A stretch of DNA of 64,000 bases from Dehalococcoidales bacterium (GCA_002688435.1 NZCW01000007.1:9269-73268); one strand, 5' to 3'; numbered from the stretch's first letter, positions 17,228 to 29,632 are shown. Made by a program: numbers and translations. Notes: generated by a model from the sequence alone, not told the origin.

Positions 17228-18268
17228 ATGTTATCTGCCCGTACCGGAACCGTACTCAGGTCGATAGTGGGGCAATATATTGCCCGGGCGATACCCGTAC
17301 CATCACAGGACATTGCCAGTGACCCCAATCTGGGAGTAAGCTCGGCAACCGTCCGCCATGAGATGGCCCGTCTGGAACAAGAAGGCTATATCACCCGCGC
17401 CCACCCTTCCGCCGGAAGTATCCCCTCGGATAACGGCTACCGCTACTACGTAGAATCGCTAAGAGATGTCCGGCTCTCCCCGACCGAGCAGCGTTTCCTC
17501 AGCCACCTCTTCCACCAAGTGGAGAAGGAGCTGGAGAAATGGCTCAGTCTGGCCGCCACACTCCTGGCCCAGCAAGTACAAAATATCGCCGTCGTCACCA
17601 TGCCCAAGTCAACTGACTGCCGACTGAAGCACGTGGAATTGGTCGCCCTGCAAGACTCTCTGGCACTGGTGGTACTGGTCCTCCATGGCGCCAAGCTAAA
17701 GCAGCAGCTGGTACTCTTTGAACAGATTGTATCTCAGCCGGAGCTAGCGGCTATGGCCAACAAACTAAATGAGAATTATTCAGGCCTGACCCGCCAGAAA
17801 ATTCTGGCCGAAGACACCATCCTCTCCAGCACCGAAAAGCAGCTGGCCGACCTCCTGATAAAGATGATGCGGGATGAAGATGTACGGGAGTACGCAGAGC
17901 CCTATCTCGATGGTCTGCACTTTATACTCAACCAGCCCGAATTTACCCGCAGCCAAAACATGCTCGGCTTAATGGAGTTAGTGGAGCACCGGAACCTGCT
18001 GCCGACCATCGCCCCGAAGAAACTGGAAAGTCAACAGGTACGGGTAATTATCGGCAAGGAGAACCAAGACAAAACTTTCCACAACTACAGCCTAGTCATC
18101 AGCAAGTACGGTATCCCGGAAGAAGCCGAGGGCACGGTAAGCGTGCTCGGGCCTACCCGGATGCCCTACGCCCACACCATCTCCACCGTAGGCTATCTCG
18201 CCTCGCTACTGAGCGGGCTGGTGGCAGTATTATATGGCAAAGAACCGGCTGACCATGGTCAAAGTTGA
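17228..18268 (+). CDS. hrcA: Heat-inducible transcription repressor HrcA
   Basis: 346 aa. Winged-helix N-terminus. Context is CIRCE upstream and grpE-dnaK downstream. Confidence 0.92.
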   Translation: MLSARTGTVLRSIVGQYIARAIPVPSQDIASDPNLGVSSATVRHEMARLEQEGYITRAHPSAGSIPSDNGYRYYVESLRDVRLSPTEQRFLSHLFHQVEKELEKWLSLAATLLAQQVQNIAVVTMPKSTDCRLKHVELVALQDSLALVVLVLHGAKLKQQLVLFEQIVSQPELAAMANKLNENYSGLTRQKILAEDTILSSTEKQLADLLIKMMRDEDVREYAEPYLDGLHFILNQPEFTRSQNMLGLMELVEHRNLLPTIAPKKLESQQVRVIIGKENQDKTFHNYSLVISKYGIPEEAEGTVSVLGPTRMPYAHTISTVGYLASLLSGLVAVLYGKEPADHGQS

Positions 18269-18383
18269 GAACCGTCCCACTCGGCCGCCGGACTTTCTCT
18301 TTTCGGAATGTAGAGATGAGGACAACGTGACTAAAGTCATATTAATCGACCGGTGATTAAGGTAGCATAAATCAGGAAGGATA

Positions 18384-18932
18384 ATGATGCCACCGGAAGC
18401 AGAAGAAAATATAAACAATGAAACCGCTCCGGAAGTCCCGGAGACGGAGGGCGTCGAGGGCCTGAAACAGGCACTGGATGAGGAAAAGAAAAAGGCGGAA
18501 ATCTACCTAACCAGTTGGCAAAGAGCTCAGGCCGACTTCGTTAACTACAAGCGGCGCCACGAGCAGGACCGACAGGAGTTCCGCCAGTTCGCCAATACCG
18601 ACCTCATACTCGGCCTTTTACCTGTCCTAGACGACCTAGAGCGGGCCCTGAATTCTACCGCACCCAAACCAGCCCGGCACTCCTGGATAGACGGCGTCAG
18701 GATGATTATACGCAAGTTCCAGGCCACCCTAGAAGCCCGGGGGCTGACCCCGATAGAGGCACTGGGCAAGCCTTTTGACCCCAACCAGCACGAAGCGGTC
18801 AGGCAGGCTAAAGGGGCCGAAGGCATCGTTATTGAAGAGGTCAGAAAAGGTTATAAACTACACGATAGAGTTATCCGGCCAACCATGGCCGTGGTTGGCC
18901 ATGGAGAAGAGGCCGAAAAGGAGGACAAGTAA
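18384..18932 (+). CDS. grpE: Nucleotide exchange factor GrpE
   Basis: 182 aa. A typical GrpE core (...FDPNQHEAV...) placed directly before dnaK. Confidence 0.92.
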   Translation: MMPPEAEENINNETAPEVPETEGVEGLKQALDEEKKKAEIYLTSWQRAQADFVNYKRRHEQDRQEFRQFANTDLILGLLPVLDDLERALNSTAPKPARHSWIDGVRMIIRKFQATLEARGLTPIEALGKPFDPNQHEAVRQAKGAEGIVIEEVRKGYKLHDRVIRPTMAVVGHGEEAEKEDK

Positions 18933-20852
18933 ATGGCCAAGGTAATCGGTATTGATTTAGGCACCACTAATTCCGCCGTAGCGGTAATGGAAGCCGGCGA
19001 GCCGGTAATCATCACCAACGCCGAGGGCGGGCGCATCACCCCGTCCACCGTCGCCGCGAGCAAAACCGGAGAACGCCTGGTGGGACAGGTAGCCAAGCGT
19101 CAGGCAGTAACCAACCCGGATAATACCATCTTCAGCATCAAGCGCCTGATGGGGCGCAAGTACGACGAGCCGACCGCGGAGTACGACCGCAAAATGCTGC
19201 CCTTCAAGATAACCAAGGCCGCCAACGGTGACGCCAGTGTCATCATGGGCGATAAGGACTACAGCCCGCCCGAAGTCTCGGCGATGATCCTACAAAAACT
19301 AAAAACGGACGCCGAAGCCTACCTCGGGGAGAAAGTAACCGAAGCCGTCATCACCGTGCCGGCCTACTTCAGCGATAGCCAACGGCAGGCCACTAAGGAC
19401 GCCGGTAAAATCGCCGGTCTGGAGGTGCTACGCATCGTAAACGAACCCACCGCCGCCGCACTAGCCTACGGACTGGACAAAAAACATGATGAGGCCATCG
19501 CCGTCTATGACCTAGGCGGCGGCACCTTTGATATCTCCATCCTTGAGCTGGGCGAAGGCACCTTCCAGGTCAAGTCAACCAATGGCGACACCCACCTCGG
19601 CGGTGACGACTTTGATCAGAGAGTTATGGACTGGCTGTGCGATGAGTTCAAACGGGATCAGGGAATTGACCTGAGACAGGACAAAATGGCCCTCCAGCGA
19701 CTGAAAGAAGCTGCAGAAAAGGCTAAGAGCGAGCTGTCCACCGTCCAGCAGACCGAGGTAAACCTCCCTTTCATCACCGCCGATGCCAGCGGCCCCAAGC
19801 ACCTGACCATTACCTTTACCCGGGCGAAACTGGAGCAGCTGGTCATGGACTTGGTAGAGAAGACCATCGGGCCCTGTAAGCAGGCACTGGAAGACGCCGA
19901 AAAGACCACCGCCCAGATTGACGAGGTGATTCTGGTCGGCGGGCAGACCCGGATGCCGCTGGTGCAGGAGAAAGTAAAGCAGTTCTTCAGCAAAGAACCC
20001 CACAAGGGGGTCAACCCGGACGAGGTGGTCGCGACCGGCGCCGCCATCCAGGCCGGAGTACTGAAAGGGGATGTCAAGGACGTCCTGCTGCTCGATGTCA
20101 CCCCTCTTACCCTAGGCATCGAGACCTTAGGCAGCGTGGCAACACCCCTCATCCCGCGCAACACCACCATTCCCACCTCCAAGAGCCAGATTTTCAGCAC
20201 GGCGGCGGACAACCAGCCCAGCGTGGAGATTCACGTCCTCCAGGGAGAAAGACCCATGGCCCCCGATAACCGAACCTTAGGGCGCTTCATGCTGGACGGC
20301 ATCCTGCCGGCGCCGCGCGGCGTACCCCAAGTTGAGGTCAGCTTTGACATTGACGCCAATGGCATCCTCAGCGTCAAGGCGATTGACAAAGGCACCGGCC
20401 GGGAACAGAAGATAACCATCACCGCCTCCAGTGGACTGAACAAGGAAGAGGTGGAAAAGTTACAGAAGGAGGCGGAACTACACGCCACCGAGGACGCCAA
20501 GCGCCGCGAGGAGGTAGAAGCACGCAACAACGCGGATACCTTAGCCTATACCGCCGAAAAGACCCTCCGCGAGCAGAAGGACAAGATACCGGCCGACCTG
20601 AACCAAGAGGTAGAAGATAAGGTGGCCGCGGTACGCTCGGCCTTGCAAGGCGCCGACACCAACGCCATCCAGCAGGCCACTAAGGAGCTGTCCGAGGTAA
20701 TACAGAAAGTCGGCGCGGCCGTTTACCAGCAACAGCAGCCACCGCCATCGGGTGAGGAACCACCGCCGGAAGGCGAAGCTCCGCCCGAACCGGAAGAAGG
20801 AGAGGGTGGTGAAGGCGAAGGCACGGTAGAAGGCGAGTTCCGCGAAGTTTAG
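18933..20852 (+). CDS. dnaK: Molecular chaperone DnaK (Hsp70)
   Basis: 639 aa. Motifs [10 protein letters not shown] and DLGGGTFD. Pro/Glu/Gly-rich C-terminal tail. No dnaJ follows it. Confidence 0.97.
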   Translation: MAKVIGIDLGTTNSAVAVMEAGEPVIITNAEGGRITPSTVAASKTGERLVGQVAKRQAVTNPDNTIFSIKRLMGRKYDEPTAEYDRKMLPFKITKAANGDASVIMGDKDYSPPEVSAMILQKLKTDAEAYLGEKVTEAVITVPAYFSDSQRQATKDAGKIAGLEVLRIVNEPTAAALAYGLDKKHDEAIAVYDLGGGTFDISILELGEGTFQVKSTNGDTHLGGDDFDQRVMDWLCDEFKRDQGIDLRQDKMALQRLKEAAEKAKSELSTVQQTEVNLPFITADASGPKHLTITFTRAKLEQLVMDLVEKTIGPCKQALEDAEKTTAQIDEVILVGGQTRMPLVQEKVKQFFSKEPHKGVNPDEVVATGAAIQAGVLKGDVKDVLLLDVTPLTLGIETLGSVATPLIPRNTTIPTSKSQIFSTAADNQPSVEIHVLQGERPMAPDNRTLGRFMLDGILPAPRGVPQVEVSFDIDANGILSVKAIDKGTGREQKITITASSGLNKEEVEKLQKEAELHATEDAKRREEVEARNNADTLAYTAEKTLREQKDKIPADLNQEVEDKVAAVRSALQGADTNAIQQATKELSEVIQKVGAAVYQQQQPPPSGEEPPPEGEAPPEPEEGEGGEGEGTVEGEFREV

Positions 20853-21142
20853 AACTTTTCACTTAAAGAGAGTTCAAGAGAAGGCTTAAAGCCCCCTCTT
20901 TCCTTTCCCATCCGCACTGCCCTCGTATCATCTACGGCTTATCCTACAATTTTATTCCCCATTTATTCCCCACCCTCCTACTGTTTGGAGAGGGGGATAC
21001 AGGGAGTGAGGCAGGAAATAACCTACCGGCTCGCTCTAAAATAAAGTCCCAACAAGAGAAAAGGGAGGCAAAACCTCTCCTTCTTGATTTTATTCCCTTT
21101 TTAAGCTAAAGTCGTATATCCTCATCATCACGGAGGCGTAAT

Positions 21143-22960
21143 TTGCCCTACCCAGACAACCTACTGAGCCAGGTGACCAAGCCGGCCCGCTACACCGGCG
21201 GCGAATGGAACAGCGCCGTCAAAGACTGGGCAGCCACCCCCATCCGGATTGCCCTCAGCTACCCCGATGTCTATGAAATCGGCATGTCCAACATCGCCCT
21301 GCCCGTTCTCTACGACCTACTCAATCGCCAGCCGGACATCCTAGCCGAGAGGGTCTTTGCCCCGTGGGTGGATATGGCCACCGCCATGTCAGCCGCAGTC
21401 ATCCCTTTGCTCAGCCTTGAATCCCAGCATCCGCTTAAAGACTTTGATATCATCGGTTTCTCCTTAGGCTATGAGCTGACCTATACCAATGTCCTGAATA
21501 TGCTCCACTTGGCGCAAGTCCCGGTCCTAGCCACCGAGAGAAATGACGCTCACCCGGTAATCATCGCCGGAGGCAGTGGCGCGCTGAACCCGGAGCCGAT
21601 GGCTGACTTTATCGACCTCTTCGTCGTCGGCGATGGCGAAGAGGTGCTGCTGGAACTGTTGGACTGTTTTCGAGACCGTAAAGAACGGGGCAAAAACGAG
21701 CTGCTCCGCCGGGCTGCGGCTATCCCCAGCATCTATGTGCCCAGCCTGTATCGGGTAACCTACGATGCTGACGGACTATTTCGAAGCATCACCCCGACTG
21801 CGCCCGAGGCCAGCCCTCGCATTCCGCGGCGAATGGTGACCAGTCTGCCACCCTCGATCACATGCCCGGTGGTCCCTTTTATCGAGGTGGTTCACGACCG
21901 AGGGGCCATCGAGATTCAGCGGGGCTGCAGCCGCGGCTGCCGCTTCTGTCAAGCCGGCTTTACCTACCGTCCAGTGCGTGAGCGCCCCAAGGAAGAGGTG
22001 GTGCGGGCGGCCGGTGAGCTCGTCGCCAACTGCGGCTACGATGAGGTCTCCCTAGTCTCGCTGAGCACCTGCGACTATACCGGCATTGACCAGCTGGTGA
22101 CCGAATTAGCCCATCACTACCCAAACCTCGCCCTGTCGCTACCCAGCCTGCGCATTGATAATTCTTCGGTAAAATTGATGGGTTCCCTGCCTGCGCGCAG
22201 CCGGACCGGGCTCACCTTCGCCCCGGAAGCCGGCAGCGATAGACTGCGGCAGACCATCAACAAGAATGTCCCAGAAGATATCCTCCTAGAGACGGTGACC
22301 ACCGCCTTCGCCCAGGGCTGGCACGCACTCAAACTGTATTTCATGGTCGGCCTGCCCACCGAGACCTTCGATGACGTTGAGGGAATCGTCCAGCTCGTGG
22401 AAAAAGTCCGCGCCGCGGGTCGGCAGGCCAGTGGCAAAACCCCCCAGTTAAGAATCAGCGTCGCCACCTTTATCCCCAAGCCGCATACTTCCTTCCAGCG
22501 GGTAGCCCAGGAGAACGAGGCATCACTTAACGCCAAACACGAAATTCTCAGGGCGGGACTACGCCGGAAAGGAGTCCGGCTATCGTGGTCGGATCCGAAG
22601 CTAAGCCTCTTGGAGGCGGTGCTGTCGCGGGGAGACCGACGCCTGGGCAAAGTCATTCACCACGCCTGGCAACTGGGCTCGACCTTTGACGCCTGGGACG
22701 AGCACTTCAACTACGAAAACTGGCGCCGCGCTTTTACCGAGAGCGGGCTTGAGCCTGATTTCTATGCCCGGCGCGAGCGCCCCCCAGATGAACCTCTACC
22801 TTGGTCTCACATTGACACCGGGATATCGGCCGATTTCCTGAAACGGGAACACCGGCAGGCGATGGAAAACACCGAGACCCCCGACTGCCGCCATAATCCC
22901 TGCCAAGCCTGCGGTCTAGAGGGTCGTCACCTGGTCTGCCGGCAAAAGTTAGGTGGCTAG
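21143..22960 (+). CDS. Radical SAM protein with an N-terminal B12-binding-like domain (uncharacterised family)
   Basis: 605 aa, TTG start. The CSRGCRFCQAG motif fits CxxxCxxC. Confidence 0.8.
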   Translation: MPYPDNLLSQVTKPARYTGGEWNSAVKDWAATPIRIALSYPDVYEIGMSNIALPVLYDLLNRQPDILAERVFAPWVDMATAMSAAVIPLLSLESQHPLKDFDIIGFSLGYELTYTNVLNMLHLAQVPVLATERNDAHPVIIAGGSGALNPEPMADFIDLFVVGDGEEVLLELLDCFRDRKERGKNELLRRAAAIPSIYVPSLYRVTYDADGLFRSITPTAPEASPRIPRRMVTSLPPSITCPVVPFIEVVHDRGAIEIQRGCSRGCRFCQAGFTYRPVRERPKEEVVRAAGELVANCGYDEVSLVSLSTCDYTGIDQLVTELAHHYPNLALSLPSLRIDNSSVKLMGSLPARSRTGLTFAPEAGSDRLRQTINKNVPEDILLETVTTAFAQGWHALKLYFMVGLPTETFDDVEGIVQLVEKVRAAGRQASGKTPQLRISVATFIPKPHTSFQRVAQENEASLNAKHEILRAGLRRKGVRLSWSDPKLSLLEAVLSRGDRRLGKVIHHAWQLGSTFDAWDEHFNYENWRRAFTESGLEPDFYARRERPPDEPLPWSHIDTGISADFLKREHRQAMENTETPDCRHNPCQACGLEGRHLVCRQKLGG

Positions 22961-22971
22961 GTCAGGCAGGC

Positions 22972-25446
22972 TCAGGTTTCGCTTTTCCTTTTATCTTCCT
23001 CCACGACAAAGGAAGTAACCGCCACCACTTTATCGCTGTCCCTAAGCTCCATTAGCCTCACCCCCTTGGTGACCCGGCCCTGACAGGTAATTCCCTGCCT
23101 GGGGTTTTTTTCTTCCACCGGCGTGCGGGTGACAATCCCATCTGCCGAGATTATCATCACCTGCTCCGATAGAGCCACCACCTTGGCCGCCACCACCTCG
23201 CCCGTCTCTGCCATTATTTTGAAAGTCCTTACCCCACCGCCGGCCCGGTGCTGCCGCGGATAATCCTTAAGCCGCACTCGCTTACCAAAGCCGCCGGCCG
23301 TCACCACCAGTAGGCAGGTCTCGATATCGGACTCGATTTTATCCATGCTGACCACACGGTCATCGGAGACCAAGCGGATGGCGCGCACGCCGCCGCTGGT
23401 CCGGGAGCTAGCCCGCAGACTCTTAATGGCAAACCGGATGGACTGCCCTTGTCGGGTTACCAGTATCACATCGTTCCCATCGGTGGTCAGGCTTGTGGCT
23501 ACCAGCTCGTCTTTCTCGGTCAGGTCCATAGCAATAAGCCCGTTACTCCGCACCGCAGCGAACTTATCCAGCGCCGTCTTCTTTATCTCTCCTCTGCAGG
23601 TAGCCATCAGTATAAAGGTGTCCGGCGTAAAATCGGCCACTGCCACCATCGCCGTGACTATCTCTCCCTCGGTCACGGGGAACAAATTAATCACCGCCGT
23701 CCCCTTGGCCACGCGGGAGCTGTCCCCCGGGAGTTCGTGGCACTTGAGGCAAAAGACCTTACCCTGGTTGGTAAAGAAAAGCATGCTATCATGGGTATCC
23801 GCCGCTGTCAACAGCTTGACCGCGTCTTCCTCCCGAGTCAACATGCCGATAATCCCCTTACCGCCGCGATGCTGTGGGGTATAGAGGTGAGTGGGTACCC
23901 TCTTAACATATCCCCTCTTGGTCAGGGTTACCACCATTCTTTGATGGGGAATAAGGTCTTCTTCACGGAATGACACCTCCCCCCACTCGGCTATCTCGGT
24001 CCGCCGCGAGTCGCCATACCGAGACTTTAACTCGTCCACCTCTCCCTTTATCAGGAGAAGCATTCGTCGTGGGTTGGCCAGCAGGTCTTCCAGATAGGCA
24101 ATCTTTTTCACCACCTCGGCATACTCCTCAAGCACCTTGCGCCGCTCCAGGTTAGCCAAGCGGCGTAACTGCATTTCCAGAATCGCCTGCGCCTGCGCCT
24201 GGGACAGACCGAAGCCGTCTATGAGGTTCTGGCGAGCCACCTCGGCGGTCTCGGACTTCCGAATGGTGGCAATTATCCGGTCAATATTATCCAGCGCGAT
24301 TTTCAGTCCTTCCAGTATGTGGGCTCGCGCTTTGGCCTCTTTCAGTTCAAACCTAGAGCGCCGGGTAATAACCTCGTGCCGAAAGTCGATATAAAATTGC
24401 AGCGCTTCTTTCAGGCTGATTACCCTAGGCTGCCCACCGACCAGCGCCAGCATATTGGCGAAGAAAGACGATTGCATGGCGGTGTGCTTATATAGGTTAT
24501 TCAGCACCTGTTCCGGATGGGCCTCTTTCTTCAGCTCAATAACAATCCGCATACCCTGACGGTCAGACTCGTCACGCAAGTCACTGATACCCACGATTTT
24601 CTTATCCTTAACCAGCTCGGCCATCGTCTCCATCAGGGCGGCCTTATTTGCCTGATAGGGCAGCTCGGTAACCACTATCTGGTGGTGGCCGGTCTGACTG
24701 ACACTTTCGATACGGGACTTGGCACGAATCACTATCTTGCCGCGTCCGGTGGCGTAGGCATTTTTAATCCCTTCCTGCCCCAGGATGATACCCGCCGTAG
24801 GGAAGTCAGGGCCATGGATAAACTGGAGAAGGTCATCAAGCGTCGCCTTGGGGCTATCGATGAGAAAGGAAATAGCGTCACACACCTCCCCAAGGTTATG
24901 CGGGGGAATATTGGTCGCCATCCCCACGGCAATCCCGGAACTACCGTTGAGCAGTAGGTTGGGTAAGCGGGTGGGCAGGACTTTAGGCTCTTTTAAGCTT
25001 TCGTCAAAGTTAGGCATGAAGTCCACGGTTTCTTTTTCAATATCGACCAGCATCTCTCCGGCAACGCTAGCCAGACGGGCTTCAGTGTAACGCATAGCCG
25101 CCGGGGGATCGGCATCCACACTACCGAAGTTACCTTGTCCGTCAACCAGCGGATACCGCATGGAGAAGTCCTGTGCCATACGCACCATAGCGTCATAAAT
25201 CGAGGTGTCACCATGGGGGTGGTACTTACCCAGCACCTCACCAACAATGCGGGCGCTCTTCCGATGGGGGCTGGCATGCACCAGTCCCATGTCGTTAATG
25301 GCATATAGAATACGCCGGTGTACCGGTTTTAATCCGTCCCGTACATCGGGTAAGGCGCGGGAAACGATGACACTCATGGCGTAATCGAGGTAAGAGCTCC
25401 GCATTTCCTCTTCAATATTTACCGGTTTGACTGTTCCTAGAACCAT
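22972..25446 (-). CDS. gyrA: DNA gyrase subunit A
   Basis: 824 aa. ...[28 protein letters not shown]..., an active-site Tyr region, and C-terminal beta-pinwheel repeats. Confidence 0.97.
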   Translation of the reverse strand: MVLGTVKPVNIEEEMRSSYLDYAMSVIVSRALPDVRDGLKPVHRRILYAINDMGLVHASPHRKSARIVGEVLGKYHPHGDTSIYDAMVRMAQDFSMRYPLVDGQGNFGSVDADPPAAMRYTEARLASVAGEMLVDIEKETVDFMPNFDESLKEPKVLPTRLPNLLLNGSSGIAVGMATNIPPHNLGEVCDAISFLIDSPKATLDDLLQFIHGPDFPTAGIILGQEGIKNAYATGRGKIVIRAKSRIESVSQTGHHQIVVTELPYQANKAALMETMAELVKDKKIVGISDLRDESDRQGMRIVIELKKEAHPEQVLNNLYKHTAMQSSFFANMLALVGGQPRVISLKEALQFYIDFRHEVITRRSRFELKEAKARAHILEGLKIALDNIDRIIATIRKSETAEVARQNLIDGFGLSQAQAQAILEMQLRRLANLERRKVLEEYAEVVKKIAYLEDLLANPRRMLLLIKGEVDELKSRYGDSRRTEIAEWGEVSFREEDLIPHQRMVVTLTKRGYVKRVPTHLYTPQHRGGKGIIGMLTREEDAVKLLTAADTHDSMLFFTNQGKVFCLKCHELPGDSSRVAKGTAVINLFPVTEGEIVTAMVAVADFTPDTFILMATCRGEIKKTALDKFAAVRSNGLIAMDLTEKDELVATSLTTDGNDVILVTRQGQSIRFAIKSLRASSRTSGGVRAIRLVSDDRVVSMDKIESDIETCLLVVTAGGFGKRVRLKDYPRQHRAGGGVRTFKIMAETGEVVAAKVVALSEQVMIISADGIVTRTPVEEKNPRQGITCQGRVTKGVRLMELRDSDKVVAVTSFVVEEDKRKSET

Positions 25447-25460
25447 GTTCCCAGAACCTC

Positions 25461-26282
25461 CTATTCTTCCTCGCTGACTATATCATCGCTGATGCCCGAC
25501 GGCTCTTCCGGCGTTACCACTACCCCTCCTCTGTCGACTATAGTGTAGCCGAACCCTTCGGGCATTATCTCCTCATGCTCTGATTCCAGCTTGAATACTC
25601 TCTCGTCAACATAGGGCTTGGCTTCCTCCATCTCTTTAGGGGGGAAAGAAAGCCGCCTTGCTTGGCTCGGGTCCTGATACATCTCTCTAATGATAACCGT
25701 CATCGTTTCTCCCGCCGAGCTGACCACGGCCGCGGAATACTTATTGCCCCCCTCCATTAATCTGACCAGCCGTTGCTCATGTTTGGGGTCAACCTGTCCC
25801 AGATATTCCCCGCGGCTATCTTCCACGGTTAACCTAGTACCAGCTATCTTCAAATATACCTCGTCACCAGCCACCATCCGCGCCCATAGCTCAGTTGGCG
25901 CCAGGTGGTAAAGGTCGACCACGCCGGCTTTACCTATTTCCTCAATGAATTGCTGCGGCTCGACCTTACGCGTTCCCCCCTCAGCGCCGACCGCCTTTTC
26001 CTCTCCCAGGTAGTCCAAACGCTGCAGGTTCTTTTTGGCAATGGCGTTAAAAGGGTCAAGCTCCATCGTCCGCTGGTAGGCTTCTCTTGATCGGGTAAGT
26101 TCTCCAAGCTCCATATAAGCCCGGCCCAGACGATTATGGGCCTCCGCATCCCTAGGGAAGTTCTCTATGATAAGTTTATTAGCCACCACCGCCTCCTGCC
26201 AGTGCCCCCGTACCGCCAAGGCTATGGCCTGCTTACCGCTCTGGCGCTTCAGTCTGGCCAGCCTTTCCTCCTGATAGGTCAT
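25461..26282 (-). CDS. TPR-repeat protein
   Basis: 273 aa. The N-terminal ~90 aa form TPR-like helices ([32 protein letters not shown]). It lies 14 nt upstream of gyrA on the same strand. Confidence 0.65.
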   Translation of the reverse strand: MTYQEERLARLKRQSGKQAIALAVRGHWQEAVVANKLIIENFPRDAEAHNRLGRAYMELGELTRSREAYQRTMELDPFNAIAKKNLQRLDYLGEEKAVGAEGGTRKVEPQQFIEEIGKAGVVDLYHLAPTELWARMVAGDEVYLKIAGTRLTVEDSRGEYLGQVDPKHEQRLVRLMEGGNKYSAAVVSSAGETMTVIIREMYQDPSQARRLSFPPKEMEEAKPYVDERVFKLESEHEEIMPEGFGYTIVDRGGVVVTPEEPSGISDDIVSEEE

Positions 26283-26687
26283 GCCCCGCTCCCGAATAAA
26301 CCCAATTTTGAATAATACATTCTACTCCAACCAAAACAACTAAACAAGCTTTTTGCCCTTTCTTCAAGTCACGTTCTCAATAATTTTTGTTTATTATACC
26401 CGTTTCCTCTTTAATTACTTGCGGGGGACTCCGTCCCTCGATAACCCTCTTAATTATACCCGAAACCGTGTCCCGCATAAACTCCCGATAAGCGTAACTC
26501 GGAGGTTTCGCCCTTCTTAAATTTCCTTTCCCTAGGTAAATAAGCGGGGCGTCTCCAGAACACCCTGTTCCAGAGTAATAAAGTGGGGTATTTCAGAGAG
26601 GCGCCGGCGATTCAATTTGACGGTACACCCTGCTCAAGGTTAGAATTAAATATGAAGTAAACAAGTTCAAACCGAAGGAGATTATAA

Positions 26688-26906
26688 ATGCGCGAAAAAG
26701 TAGAAGAAGTACTGAGCCGGATACGTCCCTCTCTGGAAGCGGATGGTGGTAATGTGGAACTGATTGAGGTTAATGATGGCATTGTCAAGGTAAACCTGAC
26801 CGGGGCCTGCGCCAACTGCCCCATGTCTACCATGACCTTGAAGATGGGAATCGAAAAATTGCTGCGGGAGGAAATCCCGGAAGTCAAGGAAGTCGTCTCC
26901 GTCTAG
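26688..26906 (+). CDS. NifU C-terminal-domain (Nfu-type) Fe-S cluster carrier
   Basis: 72 aa. ...IRPSLEADGGNVELIEV...GACANCPMSTMTLKMGIE... carries the CxxC motif. Confidence 0.88.
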   Translation: MREKVEEVLSRIRPSLEADGGNVELIEVNDGIVKVNLTGACANCPMSTMTLKMGIEKLLREEIPEVKEVVSV

Positions 26907-26920
26907 GCGGGTGCCACTTA

Positions 26921-28141
26921 TCAGCCTTCTATTTCTATTTCAAAAGCATGGTGCAGGGCACGCACCGCGTCTTTCACCTTGGCCTCGGTAATGATACAGG
27001 TTATCCTTACCTCCGAGGTCGTAATCAGCTGGATATTTACGCCTTTTTCACTGAGGGCATTGAACATCCGGGCAGCATAGCCAGGCGTATTCTGCATACC
27101 TGTACCGATAATACTAACCGTACCCAGTGTGGCATCGCTGACACAGTCTCTGGCACCGATGGATCCGGCAATGGGTTTAACGACCTCCATTGCCCGCGAC
27201 AACTGGCTTGTAGTCACGGTGAAGGTCAAGTCAGTAACCTTCTCAATACTGGCGTTTTGCACGATAGTATCCACGCTGATGCCGGCCCTAGCCAGAGGCT
27301 CAAAGATAGACGCGGCAATACCGGGACAGTCCGGAACACCGATAACCGTTATCTTGGCCACATCAAGGTTATGAGCAATGCCTCTCACCTTCTCGCGTAC
27401 TTCCATCGATACCCCTCCATGAATTAATGTTCCCGGTTTTTCCGTGAAGCTAGAAGCTACCAGAATCGGCACGTTAAATAGCTCCCCCAGTTCCACCGCC
27501 CGCGGGTGCAGTACATTGGCCCCATAACTAGCCAGTTCCAGCATCTCCTCGTAGCCCATCTCCGCCAAGGGACGGGCTTCCGGGACCAGACGCGGGTCGG
27601 CGTCATATACCCCTTCCACATCGGTATATATCTGGCATACCTCGGCGCCCAAGCTGGCCGCCAGTGCCACGGCGGTAGTATCCGAGCCACCTCGCCCTAG
27701 AGTGGTGACGTCCATCTCGTCAGTAATCCCTTGGAAGCCGGCGACGATGACAATGTTCCCTCTCTCCAGCTCCTTGACCACCCGCCGAGACTCTACCTTG
27801 AGGATGCGGGCCCGATTGTACACCGAGTCGGTACGTATCCCCGCCTGAGCCCCGCTGAGACTAATGGCCGGATAGCCCATGTGATGCAGCGCCATGGCCA
27901 GCAGGGTACTGGAAACAACTTCACCGGTGGAAAGGAGAACGTCTAGCTCTCGGTTGTCCGGCGTTTCCGAAATCCGGTAAGCCAGCTCAATTAGCTCGTC
28001 CGTAGTGTCCCCCATCGCCGAGACGACCACCACTACCTGGTTGCCTTGATTTTTTGTCCGAGCGATACGCCGGGCGACCTTGGTAATTTTCTCCGCATCC
28101 GCCACCGAAGAGCCGCCGTATTTCTGCACGATTAAAGCCAT
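26921..28141 (-). CDS. lysC: Aspartate kinase (monofunctional, two ACT domains)
   Basis: 406 aa. [19 protein letters not shown]..., [14 protein letters not shown]. Confidence 0.94.
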   Translation of the reverse strand: MALIVQKYGGSSVADAEKITKVARRIARTKNQGNQVVVVVSAMGDTTDELIELAYRISETPDNRELDVLLSTGEVVSSTLLAMALHHMGYPAISLSGAQAGIRTDSVYNRARILKVESRRVVKELERGNIVIVAGFQGITDEMDVTTLGRGGSDTTAVALAASLGAEVCQIYTDVEGVYDADPRLVPEARPLAEMGYEEMLELASYGANVLHPRAVELGELFNVPILVASSFTEKPGTLIHGGVSMEVREKVRGIAHNLDVAKITVIGVPDCPGIAASIFEPLARAGISVDTIVQNASIEKVTDLTFTVTTSQLSRAMEVVKPIAGSIGARDCVSDATLGTVSIIGTGMQNTPGYAARMFNALSEKGVNIQLITTSEVRITCIITEAKVKDAVRALHHAFEIEIEG

Positions 28142-29338
28142 TTACTCCTTAACCTTCCCCACTAGCCTACCCATTATCTTATACCCTTCCTCGATGAAAA
28201 AGCCAGTCTTTTTGGCCTCGGCCTCGGTGAATCTTCTACCCCCGTTAGCCGTAAACCCTTCTCCCCAGAGCAAAAACGGCACCGGATCATCGGTGTGGGT
28301 CTGCACTTCAATCGGGGTGGCGTGGTCGGGCAAGACCAGCAGCCGCAGGGCGTCTCCCTGCCAGGCGCGCAGCCGGCCGACCACTTCCCAATCGGCTCTC
28401 TGGATAGCCGCTACTTTATCGTCAATCGAGTTGTCGTGGGCAGCCTCGTCCGGCGCTTCAATATGGACCACCACCAAGTCATACTTGGCCAGCGCCTCAA
28501 CGGCGCCGACAGCCTGGGCGGCGTAGTCGTTGTCTTGGCCAGCGGTGACGCCGGCGATTTCCAGCTCGGCCATGTTCGCCATCCGGACCAGGCCGTGGAG
28601 AAGATCAACCCCGGAGGTCAGCGCCACCTCGAGACCGTAAAGCTCCTGAAAAGCGGGCATATCCGGCACCTGGCCACTCCCCCAGAAAAGCCAGAGCATG
28701 GTCGCCGGTATCTCACCACGGGCCTGCCGGGCTAGGTTCACCGGATGCTCCCGGAGCACCGCCGCCGAGCGCCTTATCAGGTCGCGCAGGACTTCACTAC
28801 CCGGGCCGCGGGGCAGAAATTCGGCCACCGACCGGCCCGGGATGTCATGCGGCGGCGTACAGCTAGCCTGGAGCGTATCCTCATGGCCTTTGAGCTTGCA
28901 GATATGTCGGTAGCTGACCCCAGGATAAAAGCGCACCTCATCACTACCGAGACTCTGGTTTAGTGCAGTAACCAAGGTCCGAGCCTCATCCGTGCTGATA
29001 TAGCCCGCACTGTAGCTCCACATTTTCCTATCGCGGACCGCCACCAGATTACAGCGGAAAACGACTTCCCCTTCGCCAATGGGGATATCCAAGCCCCTAG
29101 CCTCAATGCCCGCCCGCCCGCGAAAATAGACCTTTGGGTCATATCCGAGCACGGACATGCAGGCGCAGGCGCTGCTCGGCTCCATCCCGGGCGGTACGGT
29201 ACGGACTAGCCCCAGCAGGCTCTGCTGCGCCAGAGCGTCCAGATTAGGGGTGTGGGCCAGCTCTAGGCAGGTCTTACCACCCCACCTTGGTAAGGGCCAG
29301 CCGGAGGCACCATCAAGTATCAACACACAGTATTTCAT
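28142..29338 (-). CDS. Cofactor-independent phosphoglycerate mutase family (ApgM-like) protein; possible homoserine kinase
   Basis: 398 aa. MKYCVLILDGASGWPL...TPNLDAL... is the ApgM-type metalloenzyme fold. Its TAA stop is immediately followed by the ATG of aspartate kinase (TAAATG). Confidence 0.8.
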   Translation of the reverse strand: MKYCVLILDGASGWPLPRWGGKTCLELAHTPNLDALAQQSLLGLVRTVPPGMEPSSACACMSVLGYDPKVYFRGRAGIEARGLDIPIGEGEVVFRCNLVAVRDRKMWSYSAGYISTDEARTLVTALNQSLGSDEVRFYPGVSYRHICKLKGHEDTLQASCTPPHDIPGRSVAEFLPRGPGSEVLRDLIRRSAAVLREHPVNLARQARGEIPATMLWLFWGSGQVPDMPAFQELYGLEVALTSGVDLLHGLVRMANMAELEIAGVTAGQDNDYAAQAVGAVEALAKYDLVVVHIEAPDEAAHDNSIDDKVAAIQRADWEVVGRLRAWQGDALRLLVLPDHATPIEVQTHTDDPVPFLLWGEGFTANGGRRFTEAEAKKTGFFIEEGYKIMGRLVGKVKE

Positions 29339-29551
29339 CAGTTCACCGCTTTGGTAACCTTATCCCCACTTTAACTATATTTATTAGGAGCCCACCTCTT
29401 TTACCTCTCTCCCTTGATAATGGAGGGGAAAGGGTTTGGAAAGAGGGGCGAACACCTCTCTTAAACACCCCGAAGACTTATATTCTGGGGGCTCCGCCTC
29501 TCTTACGCCCTCCTTGCTAGAAGAGGTCAATTCCGTTTATAATACTTCTGG

Positions 29552-29629
<78 letters not shown>

Positions 29630-29632
29630 TTC

